From assembly GCF_006345805.1 (NCBI RefSeq), contig NW_021834184.1:1-51546 (forward strand): a DNA stretch of 51,546 bases, given 5' to 3'. Both the position numbers and the translations under genes were made by a program. A model generated the notes under the pieces. The model saw only the letters and a list, made by a program, of their open reading frames with translations. It was not told the DNA's origin and ran no database searches. Of this stretch, positions 39,446 through 50,189 are shown one piece after another. The first letter of the stretch is position 1; each line of letters opens with the position of its first letter. This DNA comes from Octopus sinensis. Taxonomy: Eukaryota.

Positions 39446-39780
39446 TATACTTTATTGCAAAGCAGTAAAAAAAAAATACAAAAACGGATGACGGGAATTA
39501 CTCAGAAACCCGGGTCCGTGCGTATCATGTCAGGTCGACGATGGGAAGGACGGCTTCCCTTTGCAAATACTGGTAGGGCACAGAAAGTGTGTCTATAGCC
39601 AGCTGGAGAAGATGTTCTCCTGGGGCTACAAGCTACAGTAGCATCCACCCTTAGTGGTTAGCCACATTTAAGTGACAAATATACTTCACATTGTCATGCA
39701 GCTACTGTTTATACTTCGTTCAGAGATTTATTATTTATTGAACTTTGTTCAATAAATTAAGTCTTATATTGATTATGACT

Positions 39781-39864
<84 letters not shown>

Positions 39865-39880
39865 GTGTGTTGTGTGTGTG

Positions 39881-39918
<38 letters not shown>

Positions 39919-42900
39919 ATGTTAACAATTATATCCGGCCCTGTTAAGAATACTCCTGATGCGTCGGGCGATATGTCATACTGGAAAAGACCTGTTGAGT
40001 CAAGTAAAACTAATATTGTAGCTGTGGCTACCCCTTGACTGGCTCCCGTGCCGATGGCACATAAAAAACACCATCCGAACGTAGCGGATGCCTGTGCCGC
40101 CTGACTGGCTCCAGTGCCGGTGGCACGTAAAAAGCACCCTCTACACTCACGGAGTGGTTGGCGCTAGGAAGGGCATCCAGCTGTAGAAACACTGCCAGAT
40201 CAGATTGGAGCCTGGTGCAGCCATCTGGCTTCCCAGACCCCGGTCGAACCATCCAACCCATGCCAATATGGAAAACGGACGTTAAATGATGATGATGATG
40301 AGTGTGTCTAAATCGATGTTTGTATAATATATGTGCTCTATGTGACGTTTATATAATTAAATGTTTAATTGTAGTGTCTAAATTGCTAATTATGTGACGC
40401 ACAGTCATATATGTGACTCATTACATTGCCAAGTGTGTGTGTGTGTGGTGTGTGTGTGTGCGCGTGTGCGAGTGTGTCCATGCAATTAAGAGACATGTAA
40501 CTATTCTTTAACTCACCGTATTCTGATTTTCATTAGATATATCCGAAACCTGGTTTAGTTTTACTTTCCTTTTTGCGTTTTCTCCGTATTCGGGTTCTGG
40601 TAGTGCAGACCTAAGTTCCATCGCTGAACTGGGATTAGTCGCGTCTGATAAAAATTCAAAGTTTTATATTATACCTTATTTATATATGTAGATGTACATA
40701 TACCATTCAAAGTGAACATACATGCATGCAAACATACATACACTCACATATACATACATGTCATGATTGATTGATTCTAGTTTCAGCTCACGAGCTGTGG
40801 CCATGCTGGGGCACCGCCATTTAAAAATTATAGTGTGGCAGCGGTGGGATTCGAACCCACGCCTCCGAAGAGACTGGTGCCTAAAACCAGCGCCTTAGAC
40901 CACTCGGCCACGCTACCACGGTTGTATATATATATATATATGTATATATTATATATTCTTTTTTTATGTTTATATATCTCTAATAATAAATGCGAATGTC
41001 AGTATGTTACATTTTTTCAATTTTACTCCTAGAGGCCTTAGCCCAGCATATCACACTATTTTGGAATCAGACTGACTCCGTGAGTAAATTAAAAATATTT
41101 CGAGCCGAATTCGAACCCGCAATCCTGAAGTTTCAGATTCCCAAGTTTTCATTCCTGAGGTTGTTTTTCGTGATTTTTTTTGCGACGAATTTTTTTGTAC
41201 GATAACAATTTTTATAACTTGGAAATAAATTTAGGGAATATTTAGGGGATAATCGAAATTAATTGCGAAATCCAGCGAAAGTCACCCACGAAATAGAAAT
41301 AATTGTTTGTACGAAAAGTAAGGACCTACGTACATCATATTGTCTTGAAATTAAGTGGCGGAGAAAGAGTTATCGTTGAACGTTTAAAAGGTAAGCTCAA
41401 ATATTAATGCAATACTTAAAGACAGCGATCAATTTTGGGTTCTTCTGTAGTTTATTGCTGCCAATCGCATACGGCAACATTCTTTTATGTTTAATTGTAT
41501 TGCTCAACCTTAAATTGTTTCTTATCTTCTTCTTTTCATTATATATTAGACAATATAACTTTAAACACAAATATACTCACCTATATATGCTGTCTTCTTA
41601 GCATCTGTGTAGGTAGAGGGCAAAGGTCGGCAAAGCGATCCATAAACGATGAAATTAAGAAGCAACCCCGATATAAGAAGCAAGGTACCTCGAAGTCCAT
41701 AAAGTTCTATGAAATGCTCAAGAAACAAGCTCATAAGCATTAACCCAACCCCTCCACCACAGTTGATAATTCCGATGGCCAACGCTCGCTTCTTGTCAAA
41801 ATACAGTCCCGTTATGATATGACAGGCGAAGAAAGCTATTCCGGTGGATAAACCTGCAAAATTATGGAACTTTTTTTTGTGCATGAATTCAGTTTTGCAA
41901 GATGATACATTCATCACTTTTGTTTGGATAACAACTTTACTAAATAACATACAGAACTTTGTTGTATCTCAAGAAGGTCATTATGCCAATAATAACACAC
42001 GCACCGACTCTCCTGGGATACAACAAAATAGGCGTCGTCTCACGAGTTCACACGAAGAATCTTGCAAACCAAATACAAAAACAGATTTAAATACTAAAAA
42101 AATATCACAGGAAATACTTATAGACACATTGAACAGTTTATGCATGGACGATATTGGCAAAAAGACATTTGAAATACAACCAAATACTTTCTGGGAAACT
42201 TAGACTGCGGAAACATCAGTTCGTTATGCTAAATAAAAATCTAGAAGGTTTCCAATTAATCGTAGAGTAATTTGAAAAATTAATTAGTTTTCTTTTGGTT
42301 GTGGATTATGAATGAGGAAGCTATGATGTAAAAGTTGTTCCTTAGCTTTATTTAGATACTGGAAGGGGCCCAACTGGGGCAAAGGATATGAAACTGGGGA
42401 TGAAGATACGAGTGTATACACCAACTGATATTGCAGTTTCCCGAGGGGTTACTCATTGGCAATGATTTGTGATTATGTGGCATCGGCCCTTCACTGTGGA
42501 GGCGCATGGCCTAGTGGTTAGAGCAGCGGACTCGCGGTCGAGGGATCGCGGTTTCGAATCTCAGACCGGGCGATGTGTGTGTTTATGAGTGAAACGCCTA
42601 AGCTCCACGCAGCTCCGGGGCAGAAAGTAATGGCGAACTTCTGCTGACTCTTTCGCCACAACTTTCTGTCTCTCTTTCCTCCTGCATCTTGCAGCTCACC
42701 TGAGACGGCCCGGCGGCCTGTCCAGGTGGGGAACCTATACGCCAAGGAAACCGGGAAACCGGCCCTCATGAGCCAGGCGTGGCTCGTGAAGGAACAAACA
42801 AAATCGGTCCTTCACTAGGAGCCTACTTCCAGTTATCAATATGTGCTTTGAATTTAGGTCGGTCAGCTGGCAGAATCGTTGGCGCGCCGAGCAAAATGCT

Positions 42901-45747
42901 TAAAAGCATTTCGTCCGTGTCTACGTTCTCAGTTCAAATGCTCCCTTGGTCGACTTTGTCTTTCATCATTTCGCCGTCGATAGAATAAATACCAGTTGTG
43001 TGCTGGGGGTCGATATAACCGACTTACCCCTTCCCTTGCTATTGCTGCCCTGTGCCAAAATTTGAAACCACATTAAATATAATTTAGGGTGTTTATAAGA
43101 AATGTAAAATCACATAAAATGGTTATTTTAGAAAGCAAGGCGATAACTTACCTGATATGAGACCATATGTTATTATCATCATATCACTACTGGCAGAAAA
43201 TGCTCCCAGTATGGCCCCTGTGCATCCAATAAAGCCGGATAATATCATCACTGTCCGATGACTAAAGAAATACAACAGAACACTGGCAACTGGAGCTGAA
43301 AATATAAGAATGGTTGATGATTCGGGCAGAAGGCGAGTAATTTTGAAGGGAGCAGGAGTAGTCGATGCGGTCGCTTCCTGTATTTGAACGGAGATCTATT
43401 TTATGGAGATTTGAGGGTTGAAAGGTAAAGTTCTCCCCGACGGGATTATATAACTGAGAACGCAAACGGCCGGAACGAATTTCTGTAAAACATATTTTCG
43501 CACAATTTCGCCACCACGCGGCCGTTGGAGTTGAAAATGCAGCACGATAAAGGACAATCTGTAGAGCAGTGGTTTTCAACCAGGGTTCCGCGGAACCTTA
43601 GGATTCCGCCAGTATAGTCCAGGGGTTCCGCGAGAAGTTACAAAACTGCTAAAATCGGCAGTAATTTTTAAGTCTCCTGCGCAGATATGTGTGCATAAAA
43701 CTATTAAATTATTGCACAGGGGTTCCTCGAGCCAGTGGAATGCTTCCTTGAGGTTCCGCTCCAGCAAAAAGTTTGAAAAGCACTGCTGTAGAGCTAAGAG
43801 GGTCAGGTGATGCTGCTTGTTGGATGATTTGGGGTTCAAATCTTATCGATGATTTTCGTTAAGTCATGGGTGGTTTGTCTTGAACAAAAACATCGGATGA
43901 AATTATGGATTCTTTTAAGTGTTTGAAATTACATGCTTAAAAATCGAATTCATAGACAGGTGCAAGATTAACTGTGGGTAAGACGCTTGCTACGCAACAA
44001 CGTTGTCCAGTGTTCGATTTCACAAGGTGGTACCTTAAGAAAGTGTCTTCTACAATAGCCTTTGTTTGACCAATAAGTTATGAGTCAAATTTGGTAGATA
44101 GGAAATGTCCAAAAGTCACTACCATATGCTTGCGCACGCGCGCGTATTCCCTGTTATATGTTTAGGTTTATACAGGCTAAAACAGAAACCAAATAGGTTG
44201 GCTCTTCGATTATGCTTCGTAATTGTGCGACATCGATAAAATATATCAGACTAAAATGTGTCGTGGAATCGGTATAATTGACATAAGGCGGAGAGCTGGC
44301 AGAATCGTTAGCGCGTCGGGCGAAATACTTAGCAGTATTTCGTCTGCCGCTACGCTCAGAGTTCAAATTCTGCCGAGGTCAACTTTGCCTTTCGTCCTTT
44401 CGGGGTCGATTAAATAAGTACCAGTTACGCACTGGGGTCGATATAATCGACTTAATCCGTTTGTCTGTCTTTGTTTGTCCCCTCTGTGTTTAGTCCCTGG
44501 TGGGTAGTAAAGAAATAGGTATAATTGACATAAGGCGGCGAGCTGGCAGAATCGTTAGCGCGTCGGGCGAAATGCTTAGCAGTATTTCGTCTGCCGCTAC
44601 GCTCAGAGTTCAAATTCTGCCGAGGTCAACTTTGCCTTTCGTCCTTTCGGGGTCGATTAAATAAGTACCAGTTAGGCACTGGGGTCGATGTAATCGACTT
44701 AATCCGTTTGTCTGTCTTTGTTTGTCCCTTCTGTGTTTAGTCCCTGGTGGGTATAAAAAAAATAGGTATAATTGACATAAGGCGGCGAGCTGGCAGAATC
44801 GTTAGCGCGTCGGGCGAAATGCTTAGCAGTATTTCGTCTGCCGTACGCTCAGAGTTCAATTCTGCCGAGGTAAACTTGCCTTTCGTCCTTTCGGGTCGAA
44901 TAAGTACCAGTTAGGCACTGGGGTCGATGTAATCGACTTAATCCGTTTGTCTGTCTTTGTTTGTCCCTTCTGTGTTTAGTCCCTGGTGGGTAGTAAAGAA
45001 ATAGGTATAATTGACAAAAAAAAAGTTGAAGGCGGTGCCACCAACATGATAATAAACCAAAAGCTGAAACCAGAGAAAGAAAAGGCGCAAGAGTGGCTGT
45101 GTGGTAAGTAGTTTGCTAACCAACCACATGGTTCCGGGTTCAGTCCCACTGCGTGGCACCTTGGGCAAGTGTCTTCTGCTATAGCCCCGGGCCGACCAAT
45201 GCCTTGTGAGTGGATTTGGTAGACGGAAACTGAAAGAAGCCTGTCGTATATATGTATATATGTATATATATGTGTATGTTTGTGTGTCTGTGTCTGTCCC
45301 TCTAGCATTGCTTGACAACCGATGCTGGTGTGTTTACGTCCTCGTCACTTAGCGGTTCGGCAAAAGAGACCGATAGAATAAGTACTGGGCTTACAAAGAA
45401 TAAGTCCCGGGGTCGATTTGCTCGACTAAAGGCGGTGCTCCAGCATGGCCGCAGTCAAATGACTGAAACAAGTAAAAGAGTAAAAGAGTATTGTTACCTG
45501 CAAGCATGCTAAGTCCGCTTATCAGTGCACCGATTAAGGACAGCTTCGATATTGGATCATCAAAGATTCTTCTGAGGCCAATAAGGAATATTCCAGTAGA
45601 GCTTGTCAGTCCATTTACTGTAAAACAAGTACAAGCTGCAGCAAAACAGACGACCCAGCCCCAACCTCCATCTGGTACCACTGGCTGCCTCCGGCACCTT
45701 TCCACATCTTTGACATCTGTTTCGGATTTTGTTGGTTGGGCGGGCAT
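24694..45747 (-). CDS. SLC16: SLC16/monocarboxylate transporter (MFS) family gene, 8 coding exons, 499 aa: join complement(45498..45747, 43152..43295, 41581..41853, 40517..40644, 39053..39224, 29835..30107, 27199..27324, 24694..24827)
   Basis: Manual splicing gives 250+144+273+128+172+273+126+134 = 1500 nt, open to TAA. All introns are GT-AG, with phases 1,1,1,0,1,1,1 matching. SLC16 signatures PDGGWGWVV (TM1), [11 protein letters not shown] (TM4-5 loop) and PPLFGLIFD (TM11). The specific orthologue cannot be assigned. Confidence 0.93.
27199..27324 (-). CDS. SLC16 coding exon 7 (FSVSLRLIL...YFAAPPLF)
   Basis: Acceptor CATTGCAG|GG, donor TTTG|GTAAGT, 126 nt. Confidence 0.92.
28982..29379 (-). 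mobile_element. Non-autonomous Helitron
   Basis: Minus strand: A|TC start at 29379, subterminal hairpin CCCGAGCAACGCCGAGCG, end CTAG|T at 28982 (AT target). Internal ~100-bp duplication. Confidence 0.85.
29835..30107 (-). CDS. SLC16 coding exon 6 ([10 protein letters not shown]...TM8-9...CLFGLAN)
   Basis: Acceptor ATTTCAG|TT, donor AATG|GTAGGT, 273 nt. Confidence 0.92.
30835..32075 (-). mobile_element. tRNA-derived SINE (family C), interrupted by the 30947-31879 transposon
   Basis: Head at about 32075-32010 with A/B-box-like motifs (GAGTTCTATTCCCGAC); body resumes at gacacgtgta(c)cc|ttaacgtag across the insertion. Confidence 0.65.
30947..31879. mobile_element. Non-autonomous DNA transposon with ~85-bp imperfect TIRs at a TTAA site (Kolobok-like), inserted in a SINE
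   Basis: 30949-31030 is the inverted counterpart of 31785-31870; flanks TTGA / TTAA; G-rich termini; the host SINE is continuous across the site. Confidence 0.62.
32186..32417 (+). mobile_element. SINE A with TSD GATATATTCTGTACTC
   Basis: TSD at about 32165-32180 and 32418-32433. Confidence 0.9.
33991..34322. repeat. (TATC)n array; further arrays at ~8188-8380, 16046-16190, 20537-20630, 31204-31322, 36089-36218, 38656-38940
   Basis: Direct reading. Confidence 0.95.
34321..36088 (+). mobile_element. L1/Tx1-clade non-LTR retrotransposon ORF2, copy 1 (AP endonuclease to mid-RT; truncated at both ends)
   Basis: Stop-free frame with APE motifs (AVYAP, VGDWNA, SYLDRV, TDHK), GPGYWKLN, and RT motifs [26 protein letters not shown]. 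Stops at ...RSV and runs into (TATC)n. Confidence 0.93.
36219..38655 (+). mobile_element. L1/Tx1-clade LINE, copy 2 (5'-truncated; RT, C-terminal Zn-knuckle, 3' UTR)
   Basis: ORF 36237..38264 is intact: [26 protein letters not shown]. Pyrimidine-rich 3' UTR ending AATAAAAGAAACA, then (TATC)n. Confidence 0.94.
39053..39224 (-). CDS. SLC16 coding exon 5, loop to TM7 (GSLPVAAA...[17 protein letters not shown])
   Basis: Acceptor AATTTTAG|GGG, donor GTGT|GTGAGT, 172 nt, phase 0 to 1. Confidence 0.88.
39985..40282 (+). mobile_element. Non-autonomous RTE-related retroposon
   Basis: gtggttggcg..aggaagggcatccagctgtagaaa motif typical of RTE 5' regions; 3' end cggacgttaaa(tga)n. Confidence 0.65.
40517..40644 (-). 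CDS. SLC16 coding exon 4, cytoplasmic loop ([12 protein letters not shown]...NENQNT)
   Basis: Acceptor TTTTTATCAG|AC, donor ACG|GTGAGT, 128 nt open, phase 1 to 0, which fits the flanking exons. Confidence 0.85.
40823..40827 (-). terminator. Pol III oligo-T terminator of tRNA-Leu
   Basis: TTTTT on the minus strand, 8 nt after the tRNA 3' end. Confidence 0.75.
40836..40917 (-). tRNA. tRNA-Leu(UAG), 82 nt, in SLC16 intron 3
   Basis: Reverse complement is GGTAGCGTGGCCGAGTGGTCTAAGGCGCTGGTTTTAGGCACCAGTCTCTTCGGAGGCGTGGGTTCGAATCCCACCGCTGCCA. Full cloverleaf with long variable arm, anticodon TAG at 40883-40881, intact A and B boxes. Confidence 0.97.
41581..41853 (-). CDS. SLC16 coding exon 3 (LSTGIAFF...[11 protein letters not shown]...CRPLP...TAYI)
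   Basis: Acceptor TTTGCAG|GT, donor ATAG|GTGAGT; lies inside ORF 41561..41950. Confidence 0.93.
42498..42802 (+). mobile_element. tRNA-derived SINE family D
   Basis: Head GGAGGCGCATGGCCTAGTGGTTAGAGCAGCGGACTC..GGTTTCGAATC (A and B boxes), non-tRNA body, tail aggaacaaacaa. Confidence 0.75.
42858..43070 (+). mobile_element. SINE A, short-tail variant (similar degenerate copies at ~1853-2040, 17790-17960, 18505-18690, 22480-22670, 25700-25865, 25970-26160)
   Basis: Same head and core as family A, but ends cgacttacccc..aaatttgaaacc. Confidence 0.78.
43152..43295 (-). CDS. SLC16 coding exon 2 ([49 protein letters not shown])
   Basis: Not in the ORF track. Acceptor TATTTTCAG|CT, donor TCAG|GTAAGT, 144 nt, phase 1-1, TM3-4-like peptide. 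Confidence 0.92.
43567..43785. mobile_element. hAT-type MITE
   Basis: TIRs CAGTGGTTTTCAA / TTGAAAAGCACTG; perfect 8-bp TSD CTGTAGAG at 43559-43566 and 43786-43793. Confidence 0.92.
44271..45016 (+). repeat. Three tandem SINE A units separated by the TSD GGTATAATTGACA (44271, 44518, 44765, 45004)
   Basis: Periods 247, 247 and 239 bp; the units share private substitutions. Confidence 0.92.
45085..45489 (+). mobile_element. SINE family B, ending a few nt from the SLC16 exon-1 donor
   Basis: Full-length match; tail ends at about 45490 and the donor GT is at 45497-45496. Confidence 0.9.
45498..45747 (-). CDS. SLC16 coding exon 1 (MPAQPTK...PDGGWGW...SMLA)
   Basis: ATG at 45747; donor GCAG|GTAACA at 45497. 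An upstream acceptor TTTTCAG at 45765-45764 suggests a further non-coding 5' exon. Confidence 0.92.
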
Positions 45748-45863
45748 TTCAAGAATGAATTTACTGAAAATATTCGAAAAGAAACAACATATATTTTGTG
45801 CTTTAATGTTTTATCTGAGAGTCAGAATATTTGCTTAAAAGCAGTAAGACAGATGTCAGTGGA

Positions 45864-46185
45864 TTAAGATGAAACTTTCTCAATGGGAAGGTGCATGGTT
45901 TTGAATGTTGAAACGTGGTTCTTGCGTCTCAGTGTGTGAAGAATTGTGGAGAATGTTACAGTAGCGATAGAAGAGAGAATCCAAAACAGTTTTAGCTTAG
46001 TTGTTGTGGTGTACTTAAGAGGGTTGTATCTATTTATCTTTTCGCCTTCCTTCTTGACCATTCGTGGGTCAAAGGAGAACGCAACAACAACTATATGGCA
46101 CATGTGCTGCCTCTTGTGACCACCACTAGATCCGGTCTGTTATGTTTTAGCACCTGATCCGTTTGGACTGGGAAATCCTAGATTC
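45864..46185 (-). mobile_element. Degenerate restriction-like-endonuclease fragment of an R4/Dong-type non-LTR element
   Basis: Reads I*DFPVQTDQVLKHNRPDLVVV then, after a frameshift, CHIVVVAFSFDPRMVKKEGEKINRYNPLK, matching the WDF..TD...HNRPD and KE.EK..Y motifs of R4-clade RLE domains. Confidence 0.72.
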
Positions 46186-46560
46186 TTCTTCTTCTTCTTT
46201 CTTTCTTTCTTTCTTTCTTTATTTATTAGATATCTATAGACAAAATGACAACATCTTCAGCTCAGTTTTTCTGTGCAAAATAGTGTCAGCTTTTCGCAAT
46301 TTCTTGCGGAACGGTTTCCTTCTACCAGATTGCGACTGGTGAGTACCGTCTTCTCTTGACTGTATTGGATGGCCACTGGTCGTCCGGAGTTCTTCCGCAA
46401 CTTTGATACGTCTTGTTTGCTATTCCTCAAGTTGTCCAAAAATCCTCTCCCTCACCCATCAAGTTTGGCGTGGTTGACGGTTTAGCCGCCGCCGACTCGG
46501 TCATGCGACAGGCAATATGGAATTACTCGTTAGCAGCTGCGCAAGACGGATCTAATTGTT

Positions 46561-46692
46561 TACACACACACACACACACACACAATCGTTAATTTGAAAA
46601 CATATATAAAACTAATTGTAGTGAAACTAATAATATACATTTCCATCGAAAGTGGAACACATTGTCTTTGTATATTCACGTGTATATATACG

Positions 46693-46747
<55 letters not shown>

Positions 46748-46887
46748 ACACACACACACACACAACAATCGTTAATTTGAAAACATATATAAAACTAATT
46801 GTAGTGAAACTAATAATATACATTTCCATCGAAAGTGGAACACATTGTCTTTGTATATTCACGTGTATATATACGCATACATACACA

Positions 46888-46951
<64 letters not shown>

Positions 46952-47082
46952 CAATCGTTAATTTGAAAACATATATAAAACTAATTGTAGTGAAACTAAT
47001 AATATACATTTCCATCGAAAGTGGAACACATTGTCTTTGTATATTCACGTGTATATATACGCATACATACACCACACACACA

Positions 47083-47162
<80 letters not shown>

Positions 47163-47449
47163 GTTAATTTGAAAACATATATAAAACTAATTGTAGTGAA
47201 ACTAATAATATACATTTCCATCGAAAGTGGAACACATTGTCTTTGTATATTCACGTGTATATATACGCATACATACACACACACCACACACACACACACA
47301 CCACACACACACACACCACACACACACACACACACACAATCGTTAATTTGAAAACATATATAAAACTAATTGTAGTGAAACTAATAATATACATTTCCAT
47401 CGAAAGTGGAACACATTGTCTTTGTATATTCACGTGTATATATACGCAT

Positions 47450-47480
<31 letters not shown>
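46561..47480. repeat. Tandem array of five 114-bp blocks (46584, 46767, 46953, 47159, 47338) separated by variable (CA)n
   Basis: Blocks appear identical by eye; periods 183, 186, 206 and 179 bp. Confidence 0.93.
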
Positions 47481-47489
<9 letters not shown>

Positions 47490-47900
47490 GTGTGTGTGTG
47501 TTTGCGTGTATATTAAGCAAATCTCAAGCGGAGAAGGAACAACAAAAGCGGAAATATGGAGACAATGAGGTAACGTAAATATTTTACATAAATTTCTTTA
47601 TTAAGCAACTCCTCAACATGTTTCAAAAATGTTTTAAAATATTGCATAAAATACAGTTAAAAGTAATTACTATTTGGATCTGATGGTTCGCGTGAGTATT
47701 AAGCTTCTCTTCTGGATTATAGAGCGAGATGCCACTCACGTATCAGGTTTTTTTAACTCTTATTGAGTGACAAAAAATGTCGCAGAGTGATCATTTCTAG
47801 ATTGCTTTCTCGCAAAGGTTTTAGATTAGTTGTAGCAGAATGTTGGACCATGTGCGAGTGTGTGTGTGCGCGTACGTGTATGTATGTATGTATGAGTATG

Positions 47901-47938
<38 letters not shown>

Positions 47939-47964
47939 TATATATATATTATATATATTATATA

Positions 47965-47995
<31 letters not shown>

Positions 47996-48046
47996 AATAT
48001 ATTATTATATATATATATATATAATATATATATTATATATATATAT

Positions 48047-48141
<95 letters not shown>

Positions 48142-48143
48142 AT

Positions 48144-48952
48144 AAATAAATATAAGAGAGTGGTCACTATATGGCTCACTCTAGCACCAGTTAATCCAAA
48201 AGGGTTTCAACCACAAAAATACATGTTTCCCATGAAAGTCAGTACGATTGTTAGCTCACACGGAGGGCAAATAAAAAATAACAAAATAAAAAATAACAAA
48301 ATACAGATTATTTTGGGACAATTGTTTCGCTATTAATGAATTAAATGTAATTACTTACAAAAAAAAATCATTGTAGTCTCAGCCAAAACTATCTGGATGA
48401 AATCCACTCAATCACACGCCAGATTTTACCATAATGATAAATACGCGTGTGTGGTCAATTGATTACATCCGACGTTATATTCAAATGCCCCAACTAACAG
48501 CGCGCCAAATTTTCCGGAAAACAAATACAGCATTTAGAAATAAATGTAGCATAATTATAATTAATTAATAAGGGTGAGAGAATTAGATACTAATTTAATA
48601 GTATATCTATTCAACACCAAGTGGCCTAGTGCTCCGAGAAACCTGGATTATTATAATATCTTATAATATATTATAATATTTTTACAAAATAAATATAAGA
48701 GAGTGGTCACTATATGGCTCACTCTAGCACCAGTTAATCCAATAGGTTTCAACCACAAAAATACATGTTTCCCATGAAAGTCAGTACGATTGTTAGCTCA
48801 CACGGACAGGGCAAATAAAAAATAACAAAAATACAGATTATAATATATTATAAAATATTATAATAATCCAGGTTTCTCGGAGCACTAGGCCACTTGGTGT
48901 AGAATAGATATACTATTAAATTAGTATCTAATTCTCTCACCCTTATTAATTA
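48144..48952. repeat. Direct plus inverted duplication: A(48144-48310) ... C(48563-48680) A'(48687-48840) C-inverted(48841-48952)
   Basis: Direct reading of both strands. Confidence 0.85.
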
Positions 48953-50189
48953 TATATTATATAGCAATTAAGGACAACTACTTAATAAGGAAAACTTAAC
49001 AAGAAATTGTCAGGTAGATAGCGTGAAAAACCTCATAAGAGAATAAATTTCGAAAATAATTATTTTTTTATTGAACATATTAATTTATATATAGAGGGCA
49101 TTATACATACATGCCAGAGAGCATTATACATACATGCCACACGCTAAGAGGGACAATTAGTCATTTCTAACAAAAAATATACTAATCCCACCGAATGCAA
49201 TTTTTCAAAGTAAGACATTTAAAAATATAGACCTGTATCACAGTGATTTCATACTTACGTATTCATCAGCAGGCCTGAATGTATCATAATAAACGACCCC
49301 GCCCCGCTTAAGCCGATCAGCTAACTGATCAACATCAACGAAGCACATGGGTGAGTTTCAATATTTACATCTGTAAATGGCATAATTTACGAATTGCATT
49401 TCGGGAGAGGAAAAGTTTTTTCGGAATAAAAGTTTAGCAATTAAGGACAACTACTTAATAAGGAAAACTTAACAAGAAATTGTCAGGTAGATAGCGTGAA
49501 AACCTCATAAGAGAATAAATTTCGAAATATGTATATATGTATATATATGTATATATATATATGTATATATATATGTATATATATATGTTTGTATATGTAT
49601 ATACATGTCTGTATATGCATGTATATTTGTGTGTATTTATATATGTGTGTATATATGTATATATAAGTATTTTTACAGGTATACATATATATTTGCATGT
49701 GTATATGTATGTATGTATGTATATATTGATATATATATAATAACAAAGGGTAAAATTAATTAATTAATTAAGAAGTAATCAATAATTTCACCAAGTAGAA
49801 TTCGGCATGAAAATGGACCATCATTTTCAGTACATATAATCATTAGTAATACTTATATTCCATCTAACTAGCAAAATGTTCAGTCTGTCTTGTATCTGAC
49901 AAATGTCTATGAAACATAATAAAGTCTATGTTTTGCTAATTGTTCCATGTTAACGAAGTTTGAACATGATTGCTGTGTGTTGCGACATAATATAGCATGT
50001 ACACCAATTAAAGTTAATTTTCCCTACAGCTTAGAGTGTCTCGTTATTGAGTGCTTTTAGAGCAGGAGAATCTCTTTGACTAATTATCGTTAAATAAATC
50101 TAAGCCACACATGACTATTTCTTTGTGATGTTGAGAGCAAATATCATTACCAGCGAATATAATTATTTCTAATATTTAGGCTCCATGTA

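Noticed and set aside
42498-42570. tRNA-like sequences at SINE heads
   Set aside because: They have A and B boxes but no complete acceptor stem, and they continue into SINE bodies.
46561-47480. CRISPR-like repeat-spacer appearance
   Set aside because: Blocks are 114 bp, spacers are only (CA)n, the context is eukaryotic and there are no cas genes; it is a VNTR.
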